This document shows, one piece after another, positions 19,840 through 30,287 of a stretch of 62,795 nt of DNA. A program made the translations under genes and the position numbers. Positions within the stretch are counted from its first letter, which is position 1. Each line of letters opens with the position of its first letter. The DNA lies in the IMG/VR virus record IMGVR_UViG_3300027754_000090, positions 1 to 62,795 of that record; one strand, 5' to 3'. Under the pieces are notes generated by a model. That model was not told the DNA's origin. It worked only from the letters and a program-made list of their open reading frames with translations, and did no database searches. The stretch comes from a virus (lineage: Duplodnaviria; Caudoviricetes).

Positions 19840-20139
19840 ATGAAAACAAGTATACAGTTACGGAGAGAAATCGCCGAGTTACAGAAACAACTGGCTCTGG
19901 CTGAGCAAGCCGAACAGCAGATAGATGCTGGTGATCCTGAAGCCATCGCCACCGCCCTTCACCAGATACAGTGTCGTCACAACCATATTGATCAGTGTGA
20001 CTGGGAGTCGGGCAGCTGGCAGAAACCCACCTATGCTCACACTGACTACCTGAAAAAGGCTCAGCGGTTGATAGACTCTGCCGCAGACGCAGGTATTCCG
20101 CCCAGTACCGCCCTGTTTTTTCTGATAACCCTGCGCTAA
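19840..20139 (+). CDS. Hypothetical protein
   Basis: AAGGA RBS before ATG 19840. Confidence 0.6.
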   Translation: MKTSIQLRREIAELQKQLALAEQAEQQIDAGDPEAIATALHQIQCRHNHIDQCDWESGSWQKPTYAHTDYLKKAQRLIDSAADAGIPPSTALFFLITLR

Positions 20140-20220
20140 GTTGTTGAAAACACTGGACAATCTTTTGGTTGACTCTGATCACACCGTTTGCTATAATAGT
20201 TGAGTAGGGGAAAACACACA
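20137..20220 (+). promoter_or_regulatory. Early promoter cassette (IHF-like box, TTGACT-N17-TATAAT, conserved leader)
   Basis: Near-copy of 41982-42066. Confidence 0.8.
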
Positions 20221-20454
20221 ATGTCAACTCAGCGTCCAGACTATCACACTCAGATCTCACGGGAGGCTCGCAAGGCTTATCGCGCACATGAAGCCGAGGC
20301 CTGTGTGTACTATGCAGAGTGCCTGGGCTATAGTGCCTGCGTCAGCTGGGAGACTTTTCGGGGCAGTTGGGCTTACGATGCATGGCGCTGTGATCACCAA
20401 ATTCAGATTGCTGCTCAGCAGGCTGAGTTTCAACGATTCAGTTTCATGGCTTGA
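20221..20454 (+). CDS. Small early hypothetical protein
   Basis: ATG after the AGGGG leader. Confidence 0.55.
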   Translation: MSTQRPDYHTQISREARKAYRAHEAEACVYYAECLGYSACVSWETFRGSWAYDAWRCDHQIQIAAQQAEFQRFSFMA

Positions 20455-20642
20455 CTCTGCTTCGTCAGTTTGCTATACTAATAATATGAAGCGATGCACA
20501 ATCATCACCGCGTTATTGTTATTGCTCACAGCATCTCAAGGCTATGAGCTATGAGCCAAGAGCTGGGATCAATTCTGACGGCAGTTGTGGTGGCGGGTGG
20601 GATCACATGGTGGCTGTCGACATTAACATTCAGGAAAAATAA

Positions 20643-20930
20643 ATGAACCGGTTTAAGTTTATCGGGTGGTGCAACTCTGATGGTCACGACAAAGTTTGGG
20701 CAGTGCTGGAATTACAACCCCACCACCGTTATGCAACCATATGGGGTCGACGCGGTAAGACTCTACAGAGCAAGATAATGGACACCAGTTGGCATGAGGT
20801 TCGGAAGCTGATTGGCGGTAAACTACGCAAGGATTATATGACCTACGACCTCACTAACCTAGCTCGGGTTTATCCCGAGTTTGAAGCAGATCTGGAAAAG
20901 ACAGCGTTTTGGGCGATACTCAAAGGATAA
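20643..20930 (+). CDS. WGR-domain-like protein
   Basis: HDKVWA...IWGRRG. Confidence 0.7.
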   Translation: MNRFKFIGWCNSDGHDKVWAVLELQPHHRYATIWGRRGKTLQSKIMDTSWHEVRKLIGGKLRKDYMTYDLTNLARVYPEFEADLEKTAFWAILKG

Positions 20931-20932
20931 CG

Positions 20933-22246
20933 ATGAAACCCTGGCAAATCATACAGCAACTGGAGAGCGATACCAGCCGGCTCTTCAAAGAAGACATAGT
21001 ACAGGTGCAAGCTGCGGCTGGCAATACTGAATTTTTCACCGGCGTCAGGTATGCCCTGGACAGCCTGGTGACATTTGGAGTTAAACAAGTGCCGGAACAC
21101 ACTGGCGCTGAAGGAGCAGGACTTGACTGGACATCGTTTCAAACTGTTGTTGATCAACTTGTGGCTCGCTGTGTTACGGGCAATGCCGCTCGTGAACAAA
21201 TATCTATTCTGATGGCCACAGCCACTGCTGAGCAGTGGAATGATTGGTATCGCAGAATCTTGATTCAAGACCTACGCTGTGGTGTTACTGAAAAAACCAT
21301 CAACACTGCGGTCAAGCGGGCTCAGAAGCCACAGTATGCCGTACCAGTGTTTACTTGCCAGCTGGCTCATGACAGTGCCAATCATCAGGGCAAGCTGGTT
21401 GGCCAGCGGCAGATGGAGAACAAACTGGATGGTATTAGGGTACTAACCATTGTGTACCCAGGTGGTCGTGTGGAACAGTTCAGCCGCAATGGCAAGACAC
21501 TGGAAAATTTTCCGCTGGTTCGCCAGCAGTTTGCTGCTGCGGCCACTGTATGGGAATTCAGTGAACCCTGGGTATTTGATGGTGAAATCATGAGTGCCAG
21601 TTTCCAGGATCTCATGCGCCAGGTTCATCGCAAGAGCAATGTACAGAGTTCAGATGCAGTGTTGTATGTGTTTGATTGCTTAACGCTGAGTGAATTCAGA
21701 TCTGGCCGCAGTGCTACGCCACAGCATCAGCGCACTCAGCTGGTAAATAAATTTTACTCTGCTATTGAGTCTATTTCTCCCAATATTCGCACACTGCAAT
21801 ATGAGACGGTGGATCTGGATACTGATGATGGTCAGCAGAGGTTCCGTGAACTCAATGTGGCGGCTATTGCTGGCGGCTATGAAGGCCTGATGCTGAAGGA
21901 TGTTGATGCGGCATATGAATGCAAACGCAGCACTGCATGGCTCAAGATTAAGCCATATATTGAAGTTAGCCTCACCGTGGTACGGACTGAAGAAGGCACT
22001 GGTAAGAATGCTGGTCGTATGGGTGCTCTGGTATGTGAAGGCATTGACGATGGCAAGCTGATTCAGGTCAATGTGGGCTCTGGGTTCACTGATCAACAGC
22101 GCATGGATTTTTGGACCTGCCAGGTGGATGGGCACATTGTGGAAGTGCGTGCTGATGCGGTCACACAGAACCAGGATGGCAGCTATAGCCTGAGGTTCCC
22201 CAGATTTGAACGGTTTCGTGGATTCGAAGTTACGGAGAAGCTATGA
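20933..22246 (+). CDS. ATP-dependent DNA ligase
   Basis: KLDGIR adenylation motif, FDGEI, EGLMLK, WLKIK, SLRFPRF. Confidence 0.93.
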   Translation: MKPWQIIQQLESDTSRLFKEDIVQVQAAAGNTEFFTGVRYALDSLVTFGVKQVPEHTGAEGAGLDWTSFQTVVDQLVARCVTGNAAREQISILMATATAEQWNDWYRRILIQDLRCGVTEKTINTAVKRAQKPQYAVPVFTCQLAHDSANHQGKLVGQRQMENKLDGIRVLTIVYPGGRVEQFSRNGKTLENFPLVRQQFAAAATVWEFSEPWVFDGEIMSASFQDLMRQVHRKSNVQSSDAVLYVFDCLTLSEFRSGRSATPQHQRTQLVNKFYSAIESISPNIRTLQYETVDLDTDDGQQRFRELNVAAIAGGYEGLMLKDVDAAYECKRSTAWLKIKPYIEVSLTVVRTEEGTGKNAGRMGALVCEGIDDGKLIQVNVGSGFTDQQRMDFWTCQVDGHIVEVRADAVTQNQDGSYSLRFPRFERFRGFEVTEKL

Positions 22247-22404
22247 AACAGGAAGATTTGATCAAAGTGCTGGCTGCACTGAGTGAAAGCATCGTTGATG
22301 TAGAAAATCGCGGATGGGGACCTGCATACTCACTCGCACATGAACGTCGTGCCACTGCAATACAGATTTTGAGAACAGAAATTAAGCGACTACAGGGACT
22401 ATGA
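22243..22404 (+). CDS. 53-aa hypothetical protein
   Basis: ATGA overlap with the ligase stop. Confidence 0.5.
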   Translation: MKQEDLIKVLAALSESIVDVENRGWGPAYSLAHERRATAIQILRTEIKRLQGL

Positions 22405-22460
22405 TGCATCAGTTAGGTCAACCTCTGATACTGGGAGTTTTTTTCGGAAAGGAGAATTAC

Positions 22461-22589
22461 ATGGGAGACACACTAATCGTATTGGGTTTTGGCTTGCTGG
22501 CCGTATTATGTGGTTGGGCAGCTTATTATCTGATTTCTCGGAACACCAACCAAGACTCATCTTCAAATAACAGCATCCTCAGGGACTAA
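22461..22589 (+). CDS. Small single-TM protein
   Basis: AAGGAG RBS; hydrophobic LIVLGFGLLAVLCGWAAYYL. Confidence 0.55.
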   Translation: MGDTLIVLGFGLLAVLCGWAAYYLISRNTNQDSSSNNSILRD

Positions 22590-22597
22590 ATACCAAC

Positions 22598-22798
22598 ATG
22601 GAACACACAAATCGGCTGCCATCAGAAGTCAGAGCAGCAATAGACAATTATGGTACAAGCGTTCGACTGGATCGGTTCTTGGACGAGTGGCGGGCTGATC
22701 TTGAAGGTCGCAACTTTCTCAATACCTGGACTCTGAGCACGCAGGATCAGGCATTCGTGGAATTTCACAATAACTATCGCCGCCAACGCGAAATCTAA
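22598..22798 (+). CDS. Hypothetical protein
   Basis: TAAATA-N5-ATG. Confidence 0.55.
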   Translation: MEHTNRLPSEVRAAIDNYGTSVRLDRFLDEWRADLEGRNFLNTWTLSTQDQAFVEFHNNYRRQREI

Positions 22799-22855
22799 CC
22801 AAATCAAGTATAAGTCATCTACTACTTTAGGCTAAATAATGATAAGAGGAATCAG

Positions 22856-23791
22856 ATGGCTTACAATATTAATCGAACCAATGGCAACACTCTCGTCTCC
22901 ATCAACGATGGCGAGGTAAACAGCCAAACCTGTAGTGTAGCATTGATTGGGCGCAATGTCAGCACCTATGGCGAGCTCATCAATGAAAACTTTGTCAGGT
23001 TGCTGGAGAATGCGGCAAATACCACAGCTCCCACGACACCAATAGTTGGTCAGCTGTGGTATGATACCACCACCAAACAAATGAAGTACCGGAACACCAC
23101 CAACAATTGGGTGGGGGTAGCTTCATACACCAAGGACACCACAGCGCCATCTGGTATCAGTGATGGTGATACCTGGTATGATACCACCAATAAAAAATTA
23201 AAAATTTACATTGATGGCACTAACTCAGTGGTTGGTCCACTGGGCAACGTCACCTTGAGCGGTGACCTCAGTGGCACCGCAGCATATTCTGGATCAGCCA
23301 ACATCACGATAGCCGCCAGCTTGGTTGTGGATCGTGTGAAAAAAACTGGCGATACACTCACTGGTCAGCTCAACGCTGCCGCTGGATTCACTGCTGGATC
23401 TGGCAGCACAGCCAACCTGATATTTGCCACTGGCACTGCTGTGGGTATTCGCAACAACGATCCCCAAGTGGCATTGGATGTGGTGGGTGCTATTCGTATG
23501 GTGCCAGTAACTGACACCTACAGCGGCAATATTACTATTGATGCTACTCATGGTAATCATCAAATCACACTCACTGGCAATACCACATTTACCATCAGCA
23601 ACTTTAGCAATGCTGGGCAGACCCTGAGACTAGTGATCACGGGCTCCAACCACACCATGACCTGGCCAGGTAGCATTAACTGGCCCAACGGCGCCGCGCC
23701 AAATTTAGCAAATGGTCCAGCGAAGATCGCGGTGGTTACCCTGATTAAACCTGCCAGTGGCAATTTGCTGGCCACATATGTGAGCTACTAA
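22856..23791 (+). CDS. Baseplate/tail-associated structural protein
   Basis: MAYNINRTNG, LIGRN..YGE..NENFVRLLEN, GQLWYD motifs; late promoter. Confidence 0.75.
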   Translation: MAYNINRTNGNTLVSINDGEVNSQTCSVALIGRNVSTYGELINENFVRLLENAANTTAPTTPIVGQLWYDTTTKQMKYRNTTNNWVGVASYTKDTTAPSGISDGDTWYDTTNKKLKIYIDGTNSVVGPLGNVTLSGDLSGTAAYSGSANITIAASLVVDRVKKTGDTLTGQLNAAAGFTAGSGSTANLIFATGTAVGIRNNDPQVALDVVGAIRMVPVTDTYSGNITIDATHGNHQITLTGNTTFTISNFSNAGQTLRLVITGSNHTMTWPGSINWPNGAAPNLANGPAKIAVVTLIKPASGNLLATYVSY

Positions 23792-23792
23792 T

Positions 23793-26759
23793 ATGGCTCT
23801 GCAACTAAGTATCTCTGGTAATCCTAACTTTTATGTTGGTTCATTTGGTACTGTGACCATCTCTAACGGACCAGCTAACGCCACTGTTTATGTGACTTTA
23901 TATAGTCAGAAGGGTACTTCCACTCAATCTTATCCCCTCAACAGCAACGGCTATTTACAGTTCAGTGGCCCAGCCTGGACTGACTCCGATGCTGGTACTT
24001 ATACAGTACAGGCTTGCGTTGGGACTGATTGTGCTAGTTATACCTTTACAGTTAGTTCTAGACCCGTGGTAACGGCAACGCCGACGATAACGACATCTGG
24101 CGTAACATCACCTTCGCTAAATACAACACCAATTACGGTGACAACAGCTCTGTACACTACCAGCGTGAGTTTAAGTGCTCCCGGCGGCAACTATCTGGGC
24201 AGTTCCTTTACTGTGACGGTGCGTGGAAAACCCAATGCCCGCGTCACCGCTGGTATCACCAGTAGTCCTAGAAATGCATACAATGGAGCTGCCATATTTC
24301 AAGGTACAACCAACAATTCCGGTGTATTGTATGTGACTGGCAGTTGGCCGAATGATCCCGGATGGGTGGGGTCATGGAGTGAACCCTGGTATGTAGAAGG
24401 TTCAACGCAGGCTACATTAACATTTAGTATAGAGTATCCGCCACAGCCAACTCCAACTCCGCCTCCACCTCCGAGCTACACCACCAGAGTGCGTTTTTTA
24501 ACCAGTGACTTTTATGTAGGCAGCTCATATACAGTGGAGGTTACTGGCCGACCGAATTCAGACGTCACTGCTGTCATCGCCAGTAGTCCTAACAACGCAT
24601 TCAATGCGGCTGCTGTAAAGATGGGTACAACCAACAATCAGGGTGTATTTAATATTTCTGGCTCTTGGCCGAATGATAACACCTGGCTAGGATATTGGAG
24701 TGAAAACTGGTCTGTAGCGGGGTCAACGACTGCACAATTAAACTTCACTTTAACTACTAAGCCCGTGATACTGGAGCCCACATACAACACCAATGTGGGA
24801 TTTTCACCCACCCCAGACTTTTATGTAGGCAGCTCATATACTGTGCGGGTTACTGGCAAACCTAATTCCGCCGTCACTGCTAACATCGCCAGTAGTCCTA
24901 ACAGCGCATTCAATGCGGGTGCTTTACTGATGGGTACAACCGACAATCGGGGGGTATTTACTAAACCTGGCTCTTGGCCGAATGCTAACACCTGGATAGG
25001 GAATTGGAGTGAATACTGGTCTGTAACAGGGTCAACGACTGCACAATTAAACTTCACTTTAGCTGCTAAGCCCATCGTGCTTCCGCCCGATCCGCCCATA
25101 CCAGCACCAGTGTCTGGTAACATTCAGCTTACCCTGAATCAGAATCAGCAGGCTGTGGCGTTTACATATCCTGGCACCGTGGTCAGTCCAGGAACTATAA
25201 CTGGAGTGCAACGAAATAACGGACCATCGCATGGTAATATTGCTCAGGTCAGTGGAATAAATTATACTTATACTCCCTTCACTGATTATTCTGGAACTGA
25301 TCAGATAGCATTCAGGTTGGTTGGTGCTGGTGGCGTAAGTGATAAAACGGGCTATGTGAACATCCAGGTGGATGCACTGCCTATAGTAGTCAGACCCAAC
25401 TCTTTTACGTTCAGTAATTATTCCAATCAGATCAGCAATACCGCAGTCACTGGTAGCTCAGTGACGCTGAGCTCAGCTTTTCCAAATACCTACACTTTGG
25501 AATTAAATTGTGTTGCTGACTCGGACGGTAGCAGCAGCACCACAGCGTTGAATGCCAGTTATGTCACAGGCTGGACACGCAATCGTGGTGGCAACATCCA
25601 GAATTTAAGCAACAGCATCACGGTACTAGCTGGTGATATTGTGACGCCAGTGGTGCGGTCAGCACCAGGATCGCCGATAGCTGTGCGAACACTGACATTC
25701 ACAGTAAAACTCACTGGCAGCAATGTTGATGCAGGTTATATTTACAGCACCAACTTCACAGTGAGTACAGAAGTGGTTGATTTGGTGCCTGATGTCTTGG
25801 TACTGTATGGTGCAACCAATCTGGAACTCAGTTCAGCCTTCACCACCAACACCGTGACTGTTGGTGGATTAACTTCTGGGTTTCCAGTGCCCATAGCAGT
25901 CAGTCCCACAGCCAACTTAATCATTGGGGGTATTGATGCTGGTGATTCCAGTACCATCAGCAATGGACAGACCCTGGCTGTTCGTGCTAATAGTTCGGCT
26001 GACTTCAGCACTGGTAAACAATACACGGTTACTGTGACCGGAACCAACAGCAGCAACAATGCCGTGCTGAATCGGAATTACTTCACACTAACCACCAGAA
26101 ATCCCCATGTGGGACCCAGTGCTCCGTGGTATTTTGGTAACCAAGTGGGATTGAATCCCAGCACAATGTACGACACTGGTTCCGTGACATTCAGTGGCAT
26201 GGAAGAGTCTGCGATTTTCAGTATCAACAACGGTGGGTTAGTGGTAGTCAATAACAACACTGGCGCCGCCGCTGCCAGTGCCACCATCAATAATGGTGAC
26301 ACAGTGTATTTCCGAGCCAGTTCGGCCAGCACGTTCAGCACACAGGCAATATACACCGTAACTCTCAGCGCACTGAATGTACTTAATCAGACCGACAGCT
26401 TCAGCTATACCACCAGAGACAGCGTCAATACACCCACATTTAGTGGTGTATTCGCCACATTAACTCAGGCTGAACTCAGCAGCGTGGTGGTCAGCAATAC
26501 CATCACTGCCACTCAATTTGACGGCACGCAAACCATCACATTGAGCAGCAATTTGGCCAATCCTCAGCTAGTGATCAATGGCGTACCAAGTGGTACTAGC
26601 GCCAGCATTTCTAGTGGAAAATTTTTGGCCATCAGTGGAACAACCCCAGCTGATTATTATCAGCAGGCCAGCGCCACAGTGACGGTGAGTGCTGCCACAC
26701 TAAACTGGGCAGTAGTAACCAAAAGCAACGATGATCTACAGATACTAAATGCGTATTAA
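23793..26759 (+). CDS. Large Ser/Thr-rich virion protein with tandem Ig-like domains
   Basis: Three ~100-aa repeats (Y.GSS.TV.V.G.PN...W.G.WSE.W.V.GS) and a Big_9-like YTYTP..DYSGTD segment. Confidence 0.7.
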   Translation: MALQLSISGNPNFYVGSFGTVTISNGPANATVYVTLYSQKGTSTQSYPLNSNGYLQFSGPAWTDSDAGTYTVQACVGTDCASYTFTVSSRPVVTATPTITTSGVTSPSLNTTPITVTTALYTTSVSLSAPGGNYLGSSFTVTVRGKPNARVTAGITSSPRNAYNGAAIFQGTTNNSGVLYVTGSWPNDPGWVGSWSEPWYVEGSTQATLTFSIEYPPQPTPTPPPPPSYTTRVRFLTSDFYVGSSYTVEVTGRPNSDVTAVIASSPNNAFNAAAVKMGTTNNQGVFNISGSWPNDNTWLGYWSENWSVAGSTTAQLNFTLTTKPVILEPTYNTNVGFSPTPDFYVGSSYTVRVTGKPNSAVTANIASSPNSAFNAGALLMGTTDNRGVFTKPGSWPNANTWIGNWSEYWSVTGSTTAQLNFTLAAKPIVLPPDPPIPAPVSGNIQLTLNQNQQAVAFTYPGTVVSPGTITGVQRNNGPSHGNIAQVSGINYTYTPFTDYSGTDQIAFRLVGAGGVSDKTGYVNIQVDALPIVVRPNSFTFSNYSNQISNTAVTGSSVTLSSAFPNTYTLELNCVADSDGSSSTTALNASYVTGWTRNRGGNIQNLSNSITVLAGDIVTPVVRSAPGSPIAVRTLTFTVKLTGSNVDAGYIYSTNFTVSTEVVDLVPDVLVLYGATNLELSSAFTTNTVTVGGLTSGFPVPIAVSPTANLIIGGIDAGDSSTISNGQTLAVRANSSADFSTGKQYTVTVTGTNSSNNAVLNRNYFTLTTRNPHVGPSAPWYFGNQVGLNPSTMYDTGSVTFSGMEESAIFSINNGGLVVVNNNTGAAAASATINNGDTVYFRASSASTFSTQAIYTVTLSALNVLNQTDSFSYTTRDSVNTPTFSGVFATLTQAELSSVVVSNTITATQFDGTQTITLSSNLANPQLVINGVPSGTSASISSGKFLAISGTTPADYYQQASATVTVSAATLNWAVVTKSNDDLQILNAY

Positions 26760-26771
26760 AGGAGATCCAAC

Positions 26772-27818
26772 ATGTTGGATTATGCGGCTTTACTGATCGC
26801 TCTGGTGATCAGCTCAGTTAGTGCTTTCTACAGCATATCAGGGCTAACTGCCATATTTGCAGCAGCTCGCTGGCCCATTATTATCATGGCTGGCAGCCTG
26901 GAAGCTGGTAAAGTAATTACCACATTATGGCTTCGTAAAAACTGGAGAATACTGGGCCTGGCTATGAAAGCATATCTGGCAGCCAGTGTGGTGGTGCTGA
27001 TGTTGTTGACCAGCATGGGTATTTTTGGGTATCTCAGCAAAGCTCACCTGGATCAGGGAGTTCCCATCGCGGATATACAAGCTGAAGTCAGCCTGATTGA
27101 TGATCGGATTCAGTCACAACGCGACAATATAGCTGCCAACAAAGCCGTGATAACACAGATGGACGCCAGTATAAATGAGGTACTGGCTCGCAGCAAGGAT
27201 CAAATGGGAGCTGAGCGGGCGATGCAGCTTCGCCGGTCACAATCATCTGAGCGCGCCAAATTACAGAAAGAAAACGAAGCAGCTCAGAAAATTATTCAGC
27301 AGATGCAAGTTCAGCGGTCACCCATAGCAGCCCAGGTGCGCAAAGTCAATGCCGAAGTGGGTCCCATCAAGTACATTGCCGCATTGATGTATGGTGACAA
27401 CCCCAGCACTGACCTGCTGGAGCGAGCTGTGCGCTGGGTGATTATTGTGCTGGTGGCAGTGTTTGACCCACTGGCATTGGTGTTGATGCTGGCAGTGAAT
27501 CACAAGCTGGAACTAACTGAAAACTCAGCAGTGCCCAACACACAACCAGTTACTGTACCAGAACTCAATCCAGGATCTGTACCAGAACTCAATCCAGGAT
27601 CTGTACCAGAACTCAATCCAGGATCTGTACCAGAACTTAATCCAGGCTCTGTACCAGAACTCAATCCAGGCTCTGTACCAGAATCTGTTGCAGTCATCTT
27701 GCCTGACCCCGACACATCAGACCCAGAACCACCTCAGGAGGCTACCCCAGCTGGGGATGCACACCCTACTCGGACCAGTTGGAACCAGGTATTGCAGAAG
27801 TTAATCAGACTGCTGTAA
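26772..27818 (+). CDS. Membrane-anchored coiled-coil protein
   Basis: Three N-terminal TM helices, GIFGYLSKAH, coiled coil, EVGPIKYIA, VFDPLA. Confidence 0.75.
   Translation: MLDYAALLIALVISSVSAFYSISGLTAIFAAARWPIIIMAGSLEAGKVITTLWLRKNWRILGLAMKAYLAASVVVLMLLTSMGIFGYLSKAHLDQGVPIADIQAEVSLIDDRIQSQRDNIAANKAVITQMDASINEVLARSKDQMGAERAMQLRRSQSSERAKLQKENEAAQKIIQQMQVQRSPIAAQVRKVNAEVGPIKYIAALMYGDNPSTDLLERAVRWVIIVLVAVFDPLALVLMLAVNHKLELTENSAVPNTQPVTVPELNPGSVPELNPGSVPELNPGSVPELNPGSVPELNPGSVPESVAVILPDPDTSDPEPPQEATPAGDAHPTRTSWNQVLQKLIRLL
27553..27683 (+). repeat. 24-bp tandem repeat x5.5 (VPELNPGS)
   Basis: CTGTACCAGAACTYAATCCAGGMT units. Confidence 0.95.
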
Positions 27819-28153
27819 CCAATTCCAGACTGGCGCGGGAACCGGCTGATGATCAGCCGCTGACTATTGGCATACAGGACGCAGAGATACCCAGCACTAC
27901 TCATGTGAACTTCGGATCCAGATTTCCCATGAGCCCGCATGTGGGTGAAATGTTTATGCGTACTGACAGCCATCCCAATGCAACTTACAGATACAATGGT
28001 GACAAATGGGTCAAAATACACATTGAGCCGCGTGACCCTAAATACCTAGTACCCAAACTCATGGACGGTGATTTAATCATGTCTGACCTCAGCACTGCTG
28101 AACAGTTAGCTGTGCGCGAATTGCTGGCAGACAGTGAGTATCTGGACCGATAA
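27779..28153 (+). CDS. Hypothetical protein, possibly the frameshifted C-terminus of the upstream gene
   Basis: FGSRFP..P..GEMF.R.D..P...Y.YNG.KW motif; overlaps the upstream ORF in the -1 frame with a weak TTG start. Confidence 0.5.
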   Translation: MEPGIAEVNQTAVTNSRLAREPADDQPLTIGIQDAEIPSTTHVNFGSRFPMSPHVGEMFMRTDSHPNATYRYNGDKWVKIHIEPRDPKYLVPKLMDGDLIMSDLSTAEQLAVRELLADSEYLDR

Positions 28154-28191
28154 ATATTTTATCTTTATTGAGAAATTTGTTAAATATAGGT

Positions 28192-29439
28192 ATGCGCAAA
28201 GAGCCACCATCAGTTCCCGACCACTGTAGTTTTTGCGACAAGAGTCGCGACGAAGCCATGAAACTAATCGTGAGTGGCAGTCATGCCATATGCGATGAAT
28301 GTGTGTTGTTGTGTGGTAACTTATTGACCGAACAACACAATGTGTCTGTGAAAAAAAACCGGCGAACTCAGCGGCACATCAATCCCATGAAGATTAAGCA
28401 GTTCCTGGATGAGCGAGTCATTGGCCAGGAACTGGCCAAGATGACACTGAGTGTGGGAGTAGCTAACCATTTCAAGAGATTGTTTTTCAAGAGTCAGGTC
28501 AGGGTGGAAAAAAGCAATGTGTTACTGCTGGGGCCCACTGGCAGTGGAAAAACGCTCTTGGCCAAGAGCATTGCAGAGTATCTCAATATACCCATTGTGA
28601 TTGCTGATGTCACTGGATTAACCGAAGCTGGCTATGTGGGGGATGACGTGGAAAGCATCATCTCACGGTTATTGTTTGAAGCTGACGGTGATGTGGAATT
28701 GGCACAGCAGGGTATTATTTTCCTGGACGAGATTGACAAGATTGGCAGAAAAAACGAAGGTAATTCCAATCGTGACATTGGTGGCGAAGGTGTGCAGCAG
28801 GGTCTGCTGAAACTGGTGGAAGGTACCATACTGAGCGTGCAAGCCGATGGCCCCAAGAAACATCCTGGAACCACCGTGGTAGACATTGATACCACCAATA
28901 TCCTATTTGTGGCCAGCGGTGCATTCACAGGTATGCAGGAGATTGTGGCACGCCGCCACAAGGCCAGCGCCATTGGATTTAGCTTAACCGACACCGTAAA
29001 CCGTGGACTAGGAGCAACGTCTGATGATTTGATCAAATTTGGCATGATATCAGAGTTTGTGGGTCGTTTTCCAGTCACGGTGACCACACTGGCACTGACT
29101 GAAGCTGAACTAGTGCAGGTGCTGACTCAACCACAGCACAATCTGATTCAGCAGTACCAATTCTACTTTGAAGTAGATGGCGTGGCAGTGGAGTTTACAC
29201 CTGACGCATTAACTGCCATTGCCCGCGGTGCCATAGCACTGAAAACCGGAGCTCGCGCACTGCGTGGTATACTGGAACAGAAACTTATGCCACACTTGTT
29301 TGCCTTGCCTAAATACAAGCAGGACAAAGTCAGCAAGATTCTGTTCACAGCTGATGTGTTCAGTGCTGATGCCGAGCCCGTTATCACTTACGGGCGAACC
29401 AGTAGTTCAAACTCAAAAAAGGTAATAAAATCAAAATGA
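28192..29439 (+). CDS. clpX: ATP-dependent Clp protease ATPase subunit ClpX
   Basis: CSFC...ICDECV zinc domain, GPTGSGKT, EAGYVGDDVE, DEIDK, GEGVQQ, IGF loop, GARALR. Confidence 0.93.
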   Translation: MRKEPPSVPDHCSFCDKSRDEAMKLIVSGSHAICDECVLLCGNLLTEQHNVSVKKNRRTQRHINPMKIKQFLDERVIGQELAKMTLSVGVANHFKRLFFKSQVRVEKSNVLLLGPTGSGKTLLAKSIAEYLNIPIVIADVTGLTEAGYVGDDVESIISRLLFEADGDVELAQQGIIFLDEIDKIGRKNEGNSNRDIGGEGVQQGLLKLVEGTILSVQADGPKKHPGTTVVDIDTTNILFVASGAFTGMQEIVARRHKASAIGFSLTDTVNRGLGATSDDLIKFGMISEFVGRFPVTVTTLALTEAELVQVLTQPQHNLIQQYQFYFEVDGVAVEFTPDALTAIARGAIALKTGARALRGILEQKLMPHLFALPKYKQDKVSKILFTADVFSADAEPVITYGRTSSSNSKKVIKSK

Positions 29440-29693
29440 GAGAAAAGACGCCCATGGGGCAAGGAATCGTTGTGGAAGTAATCAACGGAGACATCGAACG
29501 AGCATTGCGCAAATTTAAAAAGCGTGTGCAGAATTCTGGTATCTTCCAGGAGCTGAAGAATCGTGAATGTTTCGTGAAGCCCAGTGAACTGCGGCGTCGT
29601 GAGAAAGCTCAGGCACTGAGCCGTGCTCGCAAGCGTAGCTTTTTGGAAGAAAATACCAGCAAAGATTCCAAATTAGATCGCTACGAGAGTTGA
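29436..29693 (+). CDS. rpsU: Ribosomal protein bS21
   Basis: IERALRKFKK...ELK.RE.FVKPS..RR. Confidence 0.88.
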   Translation: MREKTPMGQGIVVEVINGDIERALRKFKKRVQNSGIFQELKNRECFVKPSELRRREKAQALSRARKRSFLEENTSKDSKLDRYES

Positions 29694-29789
29694 TTTTAGG
29701 CTCAGCGGTGTGTTATTATAAATAAAGTTGGTAGGTACTCAATGAGGCCTGCCAACTAAACCTAACTTACTTAAAAGGAGTTAATTGAA

Positions 29790-30245
29790 ATGAGTAATAT
29801 TACACTTACAAGTACTTTGAGCCCTGAGCTGGGCCGTTGGATGATCGGATTTGATCGTCTATTTGATACCCTGAACCATGTGGAAAGCTGGAACAACACC
29901 AACGCATCCCGTGGATCATACCCTCCCTACAACATCATTCTTCGCAGTGATGACCATTATGCAATTGAATTAGCAGTATCTGGATTTGGTGAGGAAGATC
30001 TGGAAGTCGCTGTGAGCAACGGTGTACTAACAGTCACAGGTGATATCAAACAGCAGCCTGAGCAGGAGGAAACCTACTTGCATCGAGGACTCAGCCGCCG
30101 TAAGTTCCAGCGTGAATGGAGGCTGGTTGAGTATGTAGAGGTGGTCAGCGCCACAGTAGTCAATGGCATCATGACCATTGAACTGGAACGCCAGCTGCCG
30201 GATTCGCTGAAACCCAGAGCAGTATCCATCAACTTTGCTCGCTAA
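29790..30245 (+). CDS. Small heat-shock protein (Hsp20/IbpA-like)
   Basis: IGFDRLF, SYPPYNI, IELAVSGF, YLHRGLS.R.F. Confidence 0.92.
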   Translation: MSNITLTSTLSPELGRWMIGFDRLFDTLNHVESWNNTNASRGSYPPYNIILRSDDHYAIELAVSGFGEEDLEVAVSNGVLTVTGDIKQQPEQEETYLHRGLSRRKFQREWRLVEYVEVVSATVVNGIMTIELERQLPDSLKPRAVSINFAR

Positions 30246-30287
30246 AACACCGGGGGCTGGGTAACCAGCCCCCACTAACGAAAAATT

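Noticed and set aside
27553-27683. 24-bp repeats as a CRISPR array
   Set aside because: The repeats are contiguous with no spacers and encode in-frame VPELNPGS.
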